Shown piece by piece: positions 1-11,833 of a stretch of 64,000 bases of DNA; position 1 is the stretch's first letter, and every line of letters begins with the position of its first letter. The notes below the pieces were generated by a model. The model made no database searches, had not been told where the DNA came from, and saw nothing but the letters and a program-made list of their open reading frames with translations. Position numbers and translations under genes: made by a program. This DNA is from Rhodosorus marinus CCMP1338 (lineage: Eukaryota; Plantae; Rhodophyta), in the NCBI GenBank assembly GCA_029953675.1, contig JAMWBK010000011.1:124001-188000 (forward strand), written 5' to 3'.

Positions 1-519
1 AAGATGAAGGTTGAGACGGAAGCGCACAACCGAGTTTTCGCCGGTGGTTCCTGATTGTAGACTGCTTTACTGCCTCCATCCATAGGTTTAGTTGCCGTGG
101 AGATCATGGCTGGTATGCCCGGGCACATCAACTACAATGCCATCCCTGTGGTAGTGTACACCAACCCCGAGGTTGCGATGGTAGGTAAGACGGAGGAGGA
201 GCTCGCTGGTTTGGCCTACAACAAAGGAACGTTCCCTTTTGCTGCGAATCCACAGGCAAAGACGTACGATAGCGGCGGAGACTATGCGCTGGGAATGGTG
301 AAGATCCTCTCCGATAAGGCCACCGATAAAGTACTGGGTATGCACGTCATCGGCCCTGGCGCAGGCGAGATGATCGCCGAGGGCGTACTGGCGATCGAAA
401 CTGGTACGACTACCAAAGAAATCGCCAAAACCGTCCACGCGCATCCAACACTCTCCGAGGCGTTTCGTGAAGCTGCCATGTCCGCCCATGGCAAGCCCAC
501 TAACTACTACAAAATGTAG
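1..519 (+). CDS. DLD: Dihydrolipoamide dehydrogenase, 3' part (exons <1-9 and 86-519)
   Basis: Splicing GTTGAG(10)..CATAG(85) gives EDE-G-LVAVE. The dimerisation domain contains YTNPEVAMVG, GEMIAEG and catalytic HAHPTLSEA. The gene starts upstream of the window. Confidence 0.93.
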
Positions 520-830
520 AGGCATAGAAGGGAATCAAGAATATCACCACGCCTCAGACTTTCTCCGACTACCAACCAAACAAGACGTCTCTGCAAACTT
601 TGCATACGTGCAAGCCATCTTGGCAACCGCTAAGGAAAACATCAAACCAACTGTCTTTGGCACCAGACCTAAACCAACGTCACCTTCCTCCTCCATCATC
701 CAGGATGTAACATCCATCTCAGCGACTACTCATCAAGACATTGTTCCCCCGAACTCTTCGAGATCTATTGGTTCCCTCCGACCACCGCTCCACGCGATGC
801 CACCAACTTCCAAGGCAACTGTTCAGCAAC

Positions 831-1307
831 CATCGAAGCAACTCTGTCACTCGGGACAGACTACCTTGACCTCTGCAGTACTTGATCTTTGCTTCAGGAC
901 AGCCAGCATCTAGCATAGAACACCTTAACCGACCTTGACGATTCTCACCGAGATGGTAAATACTCCAGAGCCAACAAACGTCACCATCGACCAATCTGAG
1001 GACATCTTCTCACTCCCTCTTCATCTGCAACCAACAACCATACTTAAAATCTCCATCGCTGTTCATCGAAGCAACTTCGTCAGTCCGGACAGGCTATCTT
1101 GACCTTTGCAGTCCTTGACCTTTCCTTTTTGACAGTCAGCATCTAGTACATCTAGACCACCTTAACCGTCCTCAACCACTCTCACAGAAGTGGTAAAGTA
1201 TTGTGGAGCCCCAACAACGGGACTTGAGTCGAGTTCGGGATTGAGGGATTGCCGTTCACTATCGACCCATTCTGAAGAGATCTTCTTATTATCTCTTCAT
1301 CTGCGAA
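831..1307 (+). repeat. Degenerate direct duplication, about 200-240 bp x2 (831-1030 and 1064-1307)
   Basis: Both copies read CATCGAAGCAACT..GGACAG.CTA.CTTGACCT.TGCAGT.CTTGA..CAGCATCTAG..CACCTTAACCG..TGGTAAA..TCTTCATCTGC. Copy 2 carries an insertion of about 30 nt. Confidence 0.8.
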
Positions 1308-1356
1308 TTGGGCTTTTTGTGATTGCGATTTGAAGCTCCATCTTCTTCGTTAGAGG

Positions 1357-1776
1357 ATGATTGAGGTGGTCTGCAACGATCGTCTAGGTGAGTTGTTAGA
1401 TTGGTGAACGTGACTAGGGCGTTGGAAGGTTTATGTTTTCTGTATTTGCTGATGAAGCTGGTTTTTGGTTTTCGCGGGACAAAGGGAGAAAGATTCGGGT
1501 GAAATGTAACCCTGATGATACAATTGGAGATCTTAAGAAGTTGCTAGCAGCTCAGACGGGAACGAGACCGGAGAAGATTAGAATACAGAAGTGGTATACG
1601 GTCTACAAGGACCATATTACTCTTGAGTAAGTTTTAGAGAGCTTTGCTTCGAAGGCTTAGAATCTACGGGTTCGGGACTAGTTTTGACCCCTTCTTAAGT
1701 GAAAACTTTTTGCTGAATTTGTCGTAGGGACTATGAGATTCACGATGGTATGGGCCTTGAGCTGTACTACAACTAA
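1357..1776 (+). CDS. UBL5: Ubiquitin-like protein 5 / Hub1 (exons 1357-1387, 1485-1626, 1728-1776)
   Basis: Spliced product [73 protein letters not shown], with the Hub1 C-terminal YYN. Both introns are GT-AG. Confidence 0.97.
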
Positions 1777-2125
1777 GCTTTCGACCGCAACGTCTTCTGC
1801 ATGGAGAGGTGAACAGAGACTATAATCCTTCGTACATGCGTACTAAGATTTGTGCTAGTCTCCAAGTTTTTTGCTTGGATGGAGCATGTTTTTAAGTAGA
1901 ACGTAGTCTGGGGTTACGTGGAGTCAGCAGACGAAGCAAAGTGACCAGAGCTTGCCTGGTGAAGGTGGAAGGAGAACTGCGAGTACAAGAGAAGTTGTGT
2001 TTTCTCACTTCTTTATAAAAAGAAAAAGTCTTGCGTGATTTATGCAATGAAAATGTGAACGATATTTCGACCAAAAAAAATACAAAGTTAGGCACTTCTT
2101 GTTGCAGGAGACTGTGGAACCTCTT

Positions 2126-2644
2126 CTAGTACACGTCCGGGCTGATGAGCGGCAGGAACGGCAGGCTTGCCATGCCAAGCACGATGAGAGCTACACAGGC
2201 GGCGATAATCGCTACCTTGTTGCTCTGTTCCTCGGATTCGACGACAACTGGGGGCTCCACGGCCCAGATGTTAGACTTTCCGTCAGCGTCCCTCGTGGCG
2301 CCGAGGTTTCTATTATTCGGAAGAATAACTCTCTGGTACTCCTCTCTCTCCTCCTCGAGCTGGCTGAGAATTTCGTTCTTTTGCGCTTCCTCATCCTTTG
2401 AAAGGCCAACCAGAGAAACCGTCTCCTCAACAACAGCCTCCTCCTTCGCTTCAGTCACCTCCTCGACCACAGCCTTCTCCTTCACTTCAGCAACCTCGAC
2501 CACAGCCTCTTCCTTCAACTCAACCTCAGTATCCTTCGCCCGTAAAACGCTCCTCTTCGCAAACCGAGAACCTCTCACCTGCGAGCTCACCGCAGCCTTC
2601 CCCACACGAGCTCCGCCTCCAACGCTCAGCACAAACCCTACCAT
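2126..2644 (-). CDS. Plastid-targeted single-pass membrane protein, Psb34/Ssl1498-like
   Basis: Transit-peptide-like N-terminus (MVGFVLSVGG..R/S-rich), acidic linker, motif TRDADGKSNIWAVEP, then a C-terminal hydrophobic helix. Resembles cyanobacterial Psb34 TTDEGGRLNNFAIEP plus TM (recalled). Confidence 0.6.
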   Translation of the reverse strand: MVGFVLSVGGGARVGKAAVSSQVRGSRFAKRSVLRAKDTEVELKEEAVVEVAEVKEKAVVEEVTEAKEEAVVEETVSLVGLSKDEEAQKNEILSQLEEEREEYQRVILPNNRNLGATRDADGKSNIWAVEPPVVVESEEQSNKVAIIAACVALIVLGMASLPFLPLISPDVY

Positions 2645-3849
2645 TCTTCCTACTCCTCACAACCAAATACTAAACCAACACAGCGCAAAATACCTTCCTC
2701 ACAGAAACACACAATCAAAACCAAAAGCTCCTATACGCAAATACATACAGTCACTCTTCTACCTCCCCAACCTCCCCCCACCTCATCCATCCCCATTCCC
2801 AACCATCTTAAGTACTCAAAGAAGCGAAGCCGGTGTCATCCATCACCAAACATATCCCATCAACAAAAAACTTCAACATTTCAATCTCGTTAATTCACTT
2901 AATAAACCAATCATCCGATTTAAAATATTTTAAGAGTTTCTATTGCATATAGAATATAGGTTAAGTAATTTTATTGGTTAATGGTACTGACTGAAAAAGC
3001 CAGAGGATTAAGCAGTTGTCGAGCGTGTGGCTGTGAGAATGAGGATTGATTTGTACCCGTTTTTGGTTGAAAAAATGTTGGCGGGGTTGGATTGGTTAGA
3101 TTTTATATTTGTTATTTGATATTTGATATTTTTGGATTATCTTTGCTATGTAGTTGTGTATTATTGGTAAACTATTTTTTATATCATTGTTATACATCCA
3201 ATTAAAATTTTTATCATGGATATATTGACTATGAAGTAATTTAATTGGATAATATGGATGTTTATACTGATTTAAGCGGTACTAGTAATACTTGTGATGC
3301 ATTCATTGGATTTACTCCGTGGCAATAGAAATAATAACTATTTTAAACTTGTTCTGTCTTTGACTTCACTCTAGGCTGAAGGCTCCATGCAAATATCCAG
3401 GTCTCAGAGGCAGGTCGCTCTCAAAGCATCTCCTTACTTTTGATTCTGTGCTCTACATCCTGTACATCTCAATTGAAATCTTCTCTATAACCTTGACAGA
3501 TCTCGGCTGTCCGCTGAACACGTACCTAGTGTGGACCCGTCAACACGACTCCGTCATCCATTCGCCTGCACGCGTACTTCTCCAAGCATCTTCGCAGAGA
3601 GTGTTTGCCTCTGACTCAGCCTTGAAATATAGCCACTTTTACTCGAAAGCCAAATCGAAATGAGCCAGCTGCTTTAGAAACCATAGCGTTAGTCAGGAGT
3701 TTGCAACCTAGGTGGAATTTCCGCGAGTGGCTGAGAAGGCGACTAGGAAAACGAGATACCCAGAGAGAGAAAGAAGCGCGTTTATGACCGCTGCACCTCG
3801 CTTATGAATGCTGAGATCATTTGGACGGTTGAACTTCATAAAACGGACG

Positions 3850-4246
3850 ATGAGTCTTAAAGTAGACCACGATGCAACGTCCCGAAAGTTCGTCTTGAGT
3901 GGAGTGCCGGATGCGTATCTCGAATACAACGTCCTGCCCGACAATAATCTCGACTTGTAAGCGCCTCCCCTTCAACTCTCCTTCTAGGGAACGACTAGGC
4001 TGTGAAGGGTTGCGCCAGTGAGCGCTTTTTCTGACTAACTTTCTCGGATAATCGTTCGTGCACTGCAGACTTCATACGTTCGTGTCCCCCGAACACCGAG
4101 GAAAGGGCTATGCGGCGATCATCGTCAAAGGCGCGTTCGACTATGCTCGAGAAAACGGTCTGAAAGTCGTCCCAACGTGCACTTACATCAGTACCTACCT
4201 AAAGAAGTGCCCAGCAGAGTCGGACCTGCTGCGGGCAAACCTGTAA
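3850..4246 (+). CDS. Small GNAT acetyltransferase, NATD1/YjdJ-like (exons 3850-3956, 4069-4246)
   Basis: Spliced MSLKVDHDATSRKF..AYLEY..LDLLHTFVSPEHRGKGYA..AFDYARENGLKVVPTCTYI, with HT.V...RGKG and PTCTY motifs. Confidence 0.88.
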
Positions 4247-4569
4247 CCGGGGAACAGAGAGCTCTCCACTGTTTCAGCTTGCAATGCGCTCCTGACCAGC
4301 GAACGCATCGATCTGGATCCCGAGCAATGGAGCTATGGAATCGACGCTCAGCACAGTCGCTGTCCAGGCCAGAATGGACAAAGCTCCAAGACTATGAACC
4401 TTGAGCTCGCAAAGGTCATCACAATCCGTCTCGTTTTTCTTTTATCAACTGTTTCCTCGTTTCGGTGTTACCTAAATCGAAACGTGCTTCCGAAGAGCAT
4501 CCACCCTGTACATGTGCTGAGCTTGGAGCTAGTATACACGAACACGCTCAGACATTAGCCATTCAAAAG

Positions 4570-6681
4570 TCAGCCGGGGTTTGTAGGCTTTGGTCCAGCT
4601 GAAGCCAGTCCCTCGGGGACTGGCGAAGACATACAGAAGACGTGGTAGACCTTCTCATCAGCCGCCCTAAGGGCATCCTCCCACTTCCAAGTCTGTTCGT
4701 CCTCGTCCCAAAACGTCTCAAACTTCTCACCGCAGATGGGACAGATCTCGTTGTCTCCGTCCGTGCGGGATACTCCGACCTTATCGCCAGACGTCGGTAT
4801 ATGCAAGCCCTCGACATCCTTATCCTCCTGCTTTTTCACATCCCTGAAGATCGCCTCTACCGTATTCGCCTTTGACGCGCTTGTCTGTGATCCTCCTTGC
4901 ACCCACTCCGCGACTGATATGAACCAGCTGCGGGATACGCCACCATGTTGTTTCGACGTCTTCTTCTTGTTCCTGCAAAACGGTTTACAGGTATGCGCCA
5001 AAAATCAGTGAGAACGCTGCCCGGGGCCCTGGGGAACGCCGAACCTCAAGCTTGTTCTGAAAATCAAGGTTGTTCCGTTCCAAACATCAAGCTTGTTCTT
5101 CACTACATACTTTTCAAACAACCAGTCCAAGTGAGCTCGGAGATCCTCAACCTTCGCAAATCTGTTTCCATCCGCTGCGCTCTTATGCGGAAGCTCGTCG
5201 TACAAGAGCGCTATTGTTCCTCTGTGTGGGAACTTCCTGATCTTGTCAAACGAACCGCAGACTGCGATGATTTTCGTAGTGGAAAGACGGGTCGGTGAGG
5301 ATTGATCTGTAGTCCACAAATCTGTAGAGGTTCTTACCGTTTGTCCTAGTCACACGCGCCGTAGTTCGGACTTGGGTACTCGCGCGGTCGGTTTTGGCGC
5401 TGTGAACAGGATTCGGTGGCTGGGCTGTGCTTCCCTGCCACGCTGGTGCGCTAGTTGTTGGTGCGACGACCGGCGTAATTTGAGGGACGGAGAGCGCGCT
5501 TTGAGCCTCGTTAATCGTATTTGAACTTGCTCCGGTGGGATTTTGCGCTGCCTGCTGCTGCTGCTGCTGGATGTTCTGAGTGATCTGTGCCTGCAAGTCG
5601 AGCACGTTCTTCAGCTCGTCGGGGTTCTTGACGTGCTGAATTTTTACAGCCAGAAGCGCGCTCAGCGCCTGCAACACGTCCAAACTTGGAGCCTGGCCCG
5701 CTACCGCCTTCGAAACGATCTCGTTCGTCAACCGCTGAACCTGAATGTCCAACTGCGCCAGCGCCTGGGCTTCAATCGTGCTCAAGTTGTCCTGCAAGCA
5801 AACGATTATGCACGCAAATCGAGCAAATGGGAAAACGAAATCGGTCAGCGCGAGCCCGATTCAACCAAATCACTTCTCCTCGAGATCAGCCAAAGCAAAT
5901 AAGCCAAGAAAACCTCAAGCAAAGCCAAGGCTCCGGCGGCGGATGGGGTATCGACATGCTCTGCTTGGAATGGCTTAAGCCTCCAGAGTAGGAAGACTCG
6001 TCCGTTCGAAATTCTCCCTCAAAATGCAATCAAAGAGCTCGGTGCTCAAGTGCTGTTCTAGAACGGCGTGAGGATTACCATTGAGATGTTCTGAGGCTGG
6101 CTAGTGCTTCCAGAATCATATCTTGGTCTCTTGCTAGTCTCCGGGTACTGGCTGGACGAGTGCTCCTTCTTCGGGATCTTGAGGCTCTGTGTTTTTGAGC
6201 TTTTAGTATTGTCGGCGTTTCTCCCGTCCCGTTCGTGGACACGTCTCCACATCAGGTCGCACAATTCCTGTCCAAAGATGTCGCTCCAGGTGTTGAGGAG
6301 CTTTCTTAGCCTTGCGCATGTTTCGTAGTCAACTTTATCGTATACTGAGGTGAAAATTTTGAAAATATTCAACCGAAACGCCTGGATGTACTCCCCGCCA
6401 ATGTTCTTCACAATGGAATCGACGAGGTAGAGAAGAGGAAGTTTCTTGTCGACCTCCGCCAGACCAATCCTCGACTCGACCGCGAAGACAATACTCCTCC
6501 GAGCTGCTATATTCTCTCCAGCGATCTTTGTCAGGTTCTTAATAACCGGAAGCGAGTTGAACGTCAACTCCTGCAGAAACGCATCGTACTCCTGAGCCGG
6601 CAGCCGCTCCTCAGGCGACAACCGGCTGAAGTTCGGAGTCGTAACGTCCGGTCTCAGTTGTCCTGAATACACACCGCTCAT
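4570..6681 (-). CDS. PCF11: Pre-mRNA cleavage factor PCF11 homologue (multi-exon)
   Basis: N-terminal CID (LQELTFNSLPVI..LPLLYLVDSIVKNIG), Q-rich middle, C-terminal zinc-binding region (CAVC..HLDW; RSWF; CPICGEKFETFWDEDEQTW..HVFC). First ATG is at 6681; the ORF-track start is a TTG. Confidence 0.9.
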
Positions 6682-7302
6682 AACACTCTCAATCTCTTCC
6701 AAACTAACATCTTATCATCATCTCGTCTTACCAACCCTAACCTTCTCCTCATGCAGCTCAACTCTCAACCCCAATCCGCAAACCCATCCCCACGGAAATG
6801 ACTCTTATACATTCACATCTCAAAAATCACACCGTGAGAACCCCCCTTCTAAATCATATCTACTCCAAATAAAATCATATTTATTAAATATTTATGCTTC
6901 TTTGACATCAAAATTCGTGAACAAATAAATCCACAGATCCTTTAAATAGATTTCATTGTCACCATCGTGTAATGCTCGAGCAGATGAAGAGGTTTTTCTG
7001 ACTGTCCGGCTGGCGGTGAAATCTCGATGATGTACGTGATGGAAGTGGTGGACCCGACTGAAGCTTGTCAGGCTTTTGAAGCCACTCATTTCAGCTAAAA
7101 GTGGAATCCGCGCGTTCGATAACCCTGAAGACCTTCGTTGCGGGATGATTTGAAACCGAGGTCGGTAAACTTTGAGAAGGTCGCTCGGGACGGATCTGTG
7201 CTCAGAAGTATCCCCATCGATGAACCAGGGAAGAATCACTCGCCCCCGGGAAGCTAACTGTTCGCTTGCCCTGAAGCGCTTTTGTTGCGTCCATTTGCTG
7301 AG

Positions 7303-9729
7303 TTAAAAGTCCACATCCATTGCATTGAGCAGCTCGTCTGGAATGGATCCGTCATCGGCAGTGTCCCCGGCAATGATCCACGGCGAGGAGCGAAAGCCTC
7401 TGCAGTCTGGATCGTAGCAGTACTGTCTTATTTCTCCCTCGACGAGATCCGCGATTAGGTAGATGTTGTTGCTCCGATGATGTCGCTGCACGTTCTCACA
7501 GAACCTGTACAAACCCTGACAGCGGAAAAGGCATTTCAGAGCATGCGGGTGACATCCCCGTGAGCACAGCTTCGTTTGGCTACGTACAGCTATGTTGTAG
7601 ATGATCGTCATGTTTGAACCGTAGTACACCCAGTTCCGAACATAGCCCTGTGCGTTTAGGAGTGTTAAGTCGCACCCTCAAGAGTGTCCTCTGCTCTGTG
7701 CGCTTGCCACACCTTGTGATTTGGAAGGCTAATGAGCTTCTCTATAATCGCATCCACATGTGGGTGAGGACTGGGTCCAGATGATCCCTGCATCCCGTTC
7801 ACTGCCGGTGTTCTCCTCGCCAATCTTGATCCTGCCAGAGACTGAGTTTCGAGCATGGTATGTAGTCTTTTAAATAGCAGACAACTGGTTCATTGAAGTC
7901 TTCAATTACCTACCTGAGGGAGCTCATCGACGGACAGGCAAGGTTCCAATGGCGACACGTTTGATACGAGACTCTTCAAAAAGACCTACACGATAGCAGC
8001 GATCAGCAAACAGCACGGAGGCAAGGTGGCTATACACACGTGCGTGAACTTACCTGCTCGTGAAGCTGGTGAGCATAGGGACTGCGCTCAGTGAAGAGCA
8101 AAGGAGTAGACCGTCCGTACTTGCTCGAACCGATCAGTCTGAAACATCTGTTCTTTGTGTAGACGGCCTGGTCAACAAACGTCGTCTGACTTTCACCGGA
8201 CGCATCGACGATGCTGATGAACTCCTTTTTTGATTCCACGCAACGCCGACAGAGCTCCTTCACGAACACGCCCGCCTCTTCATTGCTCCTGAAGTTGACC
8301 TGTCAGAGAGAACAAAGTCTATCAGCACGTTGACTATCTCAGGGACTACAATACAAAAATTTCGGCCAGCAGCATCACCTGGGGGAGAATCAGATGACGC
8401 GAAAACTTTCACGCAGTCGACGAATCGAGCTCCAAGATATTACGGAAATCCAGATCCACACCCTACGCACGAAGAGAGCCAGTGTTTTCTACAAGCTGAG
8501 CCTCAGAAACAGAGTTTGAAGTGACAAATCAGGACAGCTAGGACTTGAATCACAACAACAAGGGTGGTGCTAGTGAACAGCTAGGTTGCATGCTTTCCCA
8601 TCAAGTCCTCAACTCGTAGCATAATATCCAGGCGCAGCTGTTCCTTCCTGAGAGCGCGCGATCCGAACTGTCAGCGACGATGAGTCTTGGCCCGAGACTT
8701 GCAGAACGGTGAGGCTTATGGCACGCGTCGGCGATCCGCTGGGCCTGGTGGCGGCACGAACTCGTCTGCCGAGAGCTGAGACTACAGACCATCACAGAAA
8801 GACCATGTCGTCGTGCGCTTCCAGCTGTGTGCATAAGTCTCTTCCAGTACGGAGTTGCCAAAACTCTTCCGCTGTCTCACTCGGCTACATTCGCTTGAGT
8901 TACAACGTCGTCGCATTCTCTAGCGGTGCATTCAACAGTGCTTACTTACTCTCATCATAGAAGGGAACAGTTCGACCAGAAGCTTCTGGGTTTCAAGCAG
9001 CAAGTCATCCACCATCTTCTCGCCTGCACATGACAGGAAGAATGTCCAATTCAGCTCTATAGATCACTTCCTAGCCCTGGGGTTGGAGCCCATTCTGACC
9101 ATCGCGTTCGCCGTTGACGACTTTCGAGAACTCGACATCATAGTACAGCTTTGAGGAGTTGCCTTCGCGGATGACCTCGTAGAAGTGAAGCGGTTGCGAT
9201 CTGAGCTTCATTCTTTGGTATCTACGAGGAAAGAACCGAGGATTTGTTCTCATCAGCATTGAAGAAAACCCTCTCGGGCAGTTCTTGAGGTTGCTTCGGC
9301 TCACATTTTCCAGAAGGTAGAGTAGCTTGCTGCAACGTAGAGCCTCTTTCCTGACTTTTCCTGTTGGTTTTAAGACGTCCCGAGTCAGTTCAGCTGGTTC
9401 TCTTACTCCTTGAGAAAAGGGAAAGGGGGTCCATTACAAACTCTACCGCAAAGACATGCATCAAGTTCCGCGGATTCGCGTTTGCAAACTCGAAGGCTTC
9501 CTTTTGAGTTTTGAATTCCTGTCCAATTAAGCAGAAAGAAGCCACAAAATCAGAAAAACAAATCGCTACTGGAAGGATCAGTACGACACCAGACCTTTAG
9601 GAGGAAACCATCTTCGAGAAACTCGAGCAGCCTCTTCCTCGACTCCGGCTCGGCCACAGGAGGAACAGCAGTCGCACTTTCACCGTAGAAAGACTGACTG
9701 CTCAGAGTCTTAAACTTTCGGTCACTCAT
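7303..9729 (-). CDS. PRIMPOL: DNA primase-polymerase PrimPol (multi-exon; in-frame TGA at 8409-8411, so possibly a pseudogene or sequence error)
   Basis: ATG 9729 (MSDRKF..SFYG), GKRLYVAASYSTFW, motif I YEVI..KLYYDVEF, motif II LDSSTA*KFSRHLI, motif III FVDQAVYTKNRCFR, UL52-type zinc finger CENVQRHHRSN..CYDPDC. Confidence 0.88.
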
Positions 9730-10570
9730 TGCCGATGTAACTCAGCTACTGATCCAGTCCAACGGTTCTCGCCATCCTTCCAGTTGTTGTGAGCAGATGT
9801 CTCTTCATAGAGCTGGACAAGGACGTGGAGCACTACGCCAAAGTACGTCTCTGAGCTCCAAGGAATCTACTACTTCGCTAAGCTGTAGCTTGCAAACCTT
9901 CGGAAGGCAGAGGGAGGCTACTTGCCATGAGTGCCCCGATTTTCTCAATGTTTCTCTTGGTACGCATCATCAAGTCGACAGAGACGACAACCGGGAGAGG
10001 ATGAAAAGTAGGCCAAGCAGAGAGAACGGGCCTCTAAACCTAAGACGACAATAGAACGCGACCTTATCAATCGTTCTGGTTTTTCGGTAGTCAGAAGCGC
10101 CGCTCTCCTTCTCCAGAGGAACCACGCATTGACATTCGCAAAATGTCCAGACGCTTCCGGGAGAGTTAACTAGACCTCGCGGCGCTTCAACATCTTCGAC
10201 AGCAACTATCGGGACATTTTCAGAAGGTGCTCCTGGACGGTATCAATGCTTTGTAGTTCTTAAAGGCCGTGGGGGTCCAGCGGGTTGTCCAAGGCCCCCG
10301 TCCCCTAGTCCCCACCATTAGTAATCGGAGAAAGGATACTATTATGTCCCCTTTGTACTAATCAATGTGGTGAGCTTCGTATCTGGAAATTTTGAAGGGA
10401 GTTTGGAAGAGATGGAGGTTTAGAATTCAGAAGGGAATTGACTTGAAGCGGACTTTTACGTCTCTATCAGTGTAGAAAACGAGCTTGTCTCCGTCTCCTT
10501 TTGTGGTTATAAGGGGTGTTACGAGTTCTTGTGAAGGAAGGTGTTGTGGTTTCTTAGAAGGTGACCAGTG

Positions 10571-11706
10571 ATGGATGGGTTCAAAAAGGTGATGGGCCAG
10601 ATTGGCGAACAGGCGGTGGTGATTGAGGAGAATCTTGGGCTGATTGATATTGCTGAGGAGGAGATCTACGCGCCGGATCCGGAGCTGCGGGAGGCTGTGG
10701 GCGCTGCGAAGAAGTTGATTAAGGAGTGTCAGCTGGTGAGTTGTGCTTTCTGAACTGGCCGGTCTTCTTGGTTTTTTTTTGCTCTATTGGAAATGAGAAG
10801 AAGCTAAAGGATGTTGCTTTGGACTGTGCTTAGCTTGTCTCAACGGTTGAGCAGTATGCCAAGTACGTGAAAGTAGCAGCTGACAAGGAGCAGAATGCTG
10901 CAAAGAAAATGTCACCAAACTCTGCGCTGGAGCAGATACTACCGCAGAGCACCGTGATAGCGCTTGTGTCCATCGCCTCGTTTCAAGTGTCCTCGAGCAC
11001 ACGCATGGAAAAGTATGGGCCGATAAAAAGCAATGCAACATCTGCTTCATTCCCAAGTTCTGATTTTATCTTACAAAAAGCACAGGTATGCAATGGACTT
11101 GGCTGCTGAGACAGTGAGAGAGTTTCAAGGGATGAAGGACAGGTATAGAAAAGGTATCAAAATCTATGAGCAGGGCTATAAGACCCTAAGGGTACGTTGG
11201 AATTCCAAACTGAATTTTTCTGGAGGCCGAAGCGGACCACTTTAGTTGTCAGCTTGGGGGTTCTGACGTGTTGTTTGCGCTGCACCTGAATTGTAGAAAG
11301 ACGCGGTAAAGCTGCAGAAAAAGGCGCTCAGATCATCTGGCGACGACCAAAGCGATGAAATCAATGCGAGACTTGAGGCCGCTGAGCCAGTGTGGAGAGC
11401 CAAAGGCGAGAGCTTGAGAGCGGAGGTGAGTCTTTCCCCTCTCCCCAGGGTGTTTGTTCATCCGTTTTAATGGAGATTCACTCCGTATATATTTGTTTCT
11501 GCGAATCAATCCAGGCCGATGCACTGGTTAAGTTACTTGAAGACTTCAACCTCCGAGTGACAGAGAGGATCGTACACGGCAGACTACCGGTCATCAACGA
11601 CAATATCAAGGACCTGGAGGAGATTATTAAAAACAATCCGCAACTTGGCAAGGAAGCCGCGAGTACCTCCGAAGCCGCTGGTAGCGGTGAGAAGAGTGCC
11701 AGTTGA
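10571..11706 (+). CDS. Hypothetical helical coiled-coil protein, possibly BAR-like (multi-exon)
   Basis: Helical, charged exons (MDGFKKVMGQIGEQ.., LVSTVEQYAK.., ETVREFQGMKDRYRK.., ADALVKLLEDFN) separated by GT-AG introns. BAR fold is inference only. Confidence 0.6.
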
Positions 11707-11833
11707 GATGCCAGATACTGTCTATTCCAACTGGAAACCTCTCCTATTTTAACATTCCGTTGCTTTAACAGTCAGAGCGCCGGCTCCGCTTAATAACCAA
11801 CTGACCCAACCAGAGAAAGTTCAACAAAAAGCT

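Noticed and set aside
2145-2933. 262-aa plus-strand ORF
   Set aside because: Antisense shadow of the 2126-2644 gene and its C/A-rich leader; no motif.
3360-3840. Possible small spliced minus-strand gene
   Set aside because: A branch-point-like CTAAC is present, but I could not assemble a consistent reading frame.
6892-7239. 115-aa minus ORF between PrimPol and PCF11
   Set aside because: No ATG start or recognisable motif; lies in likely 3' UTR or promoter sequence.
10790-10851. Apparent in-frame TAG readthrough (KKLKDVALDCA*LVST)
   Set aside because: The TAG is explained as the acceptor of intron 10736-10851.
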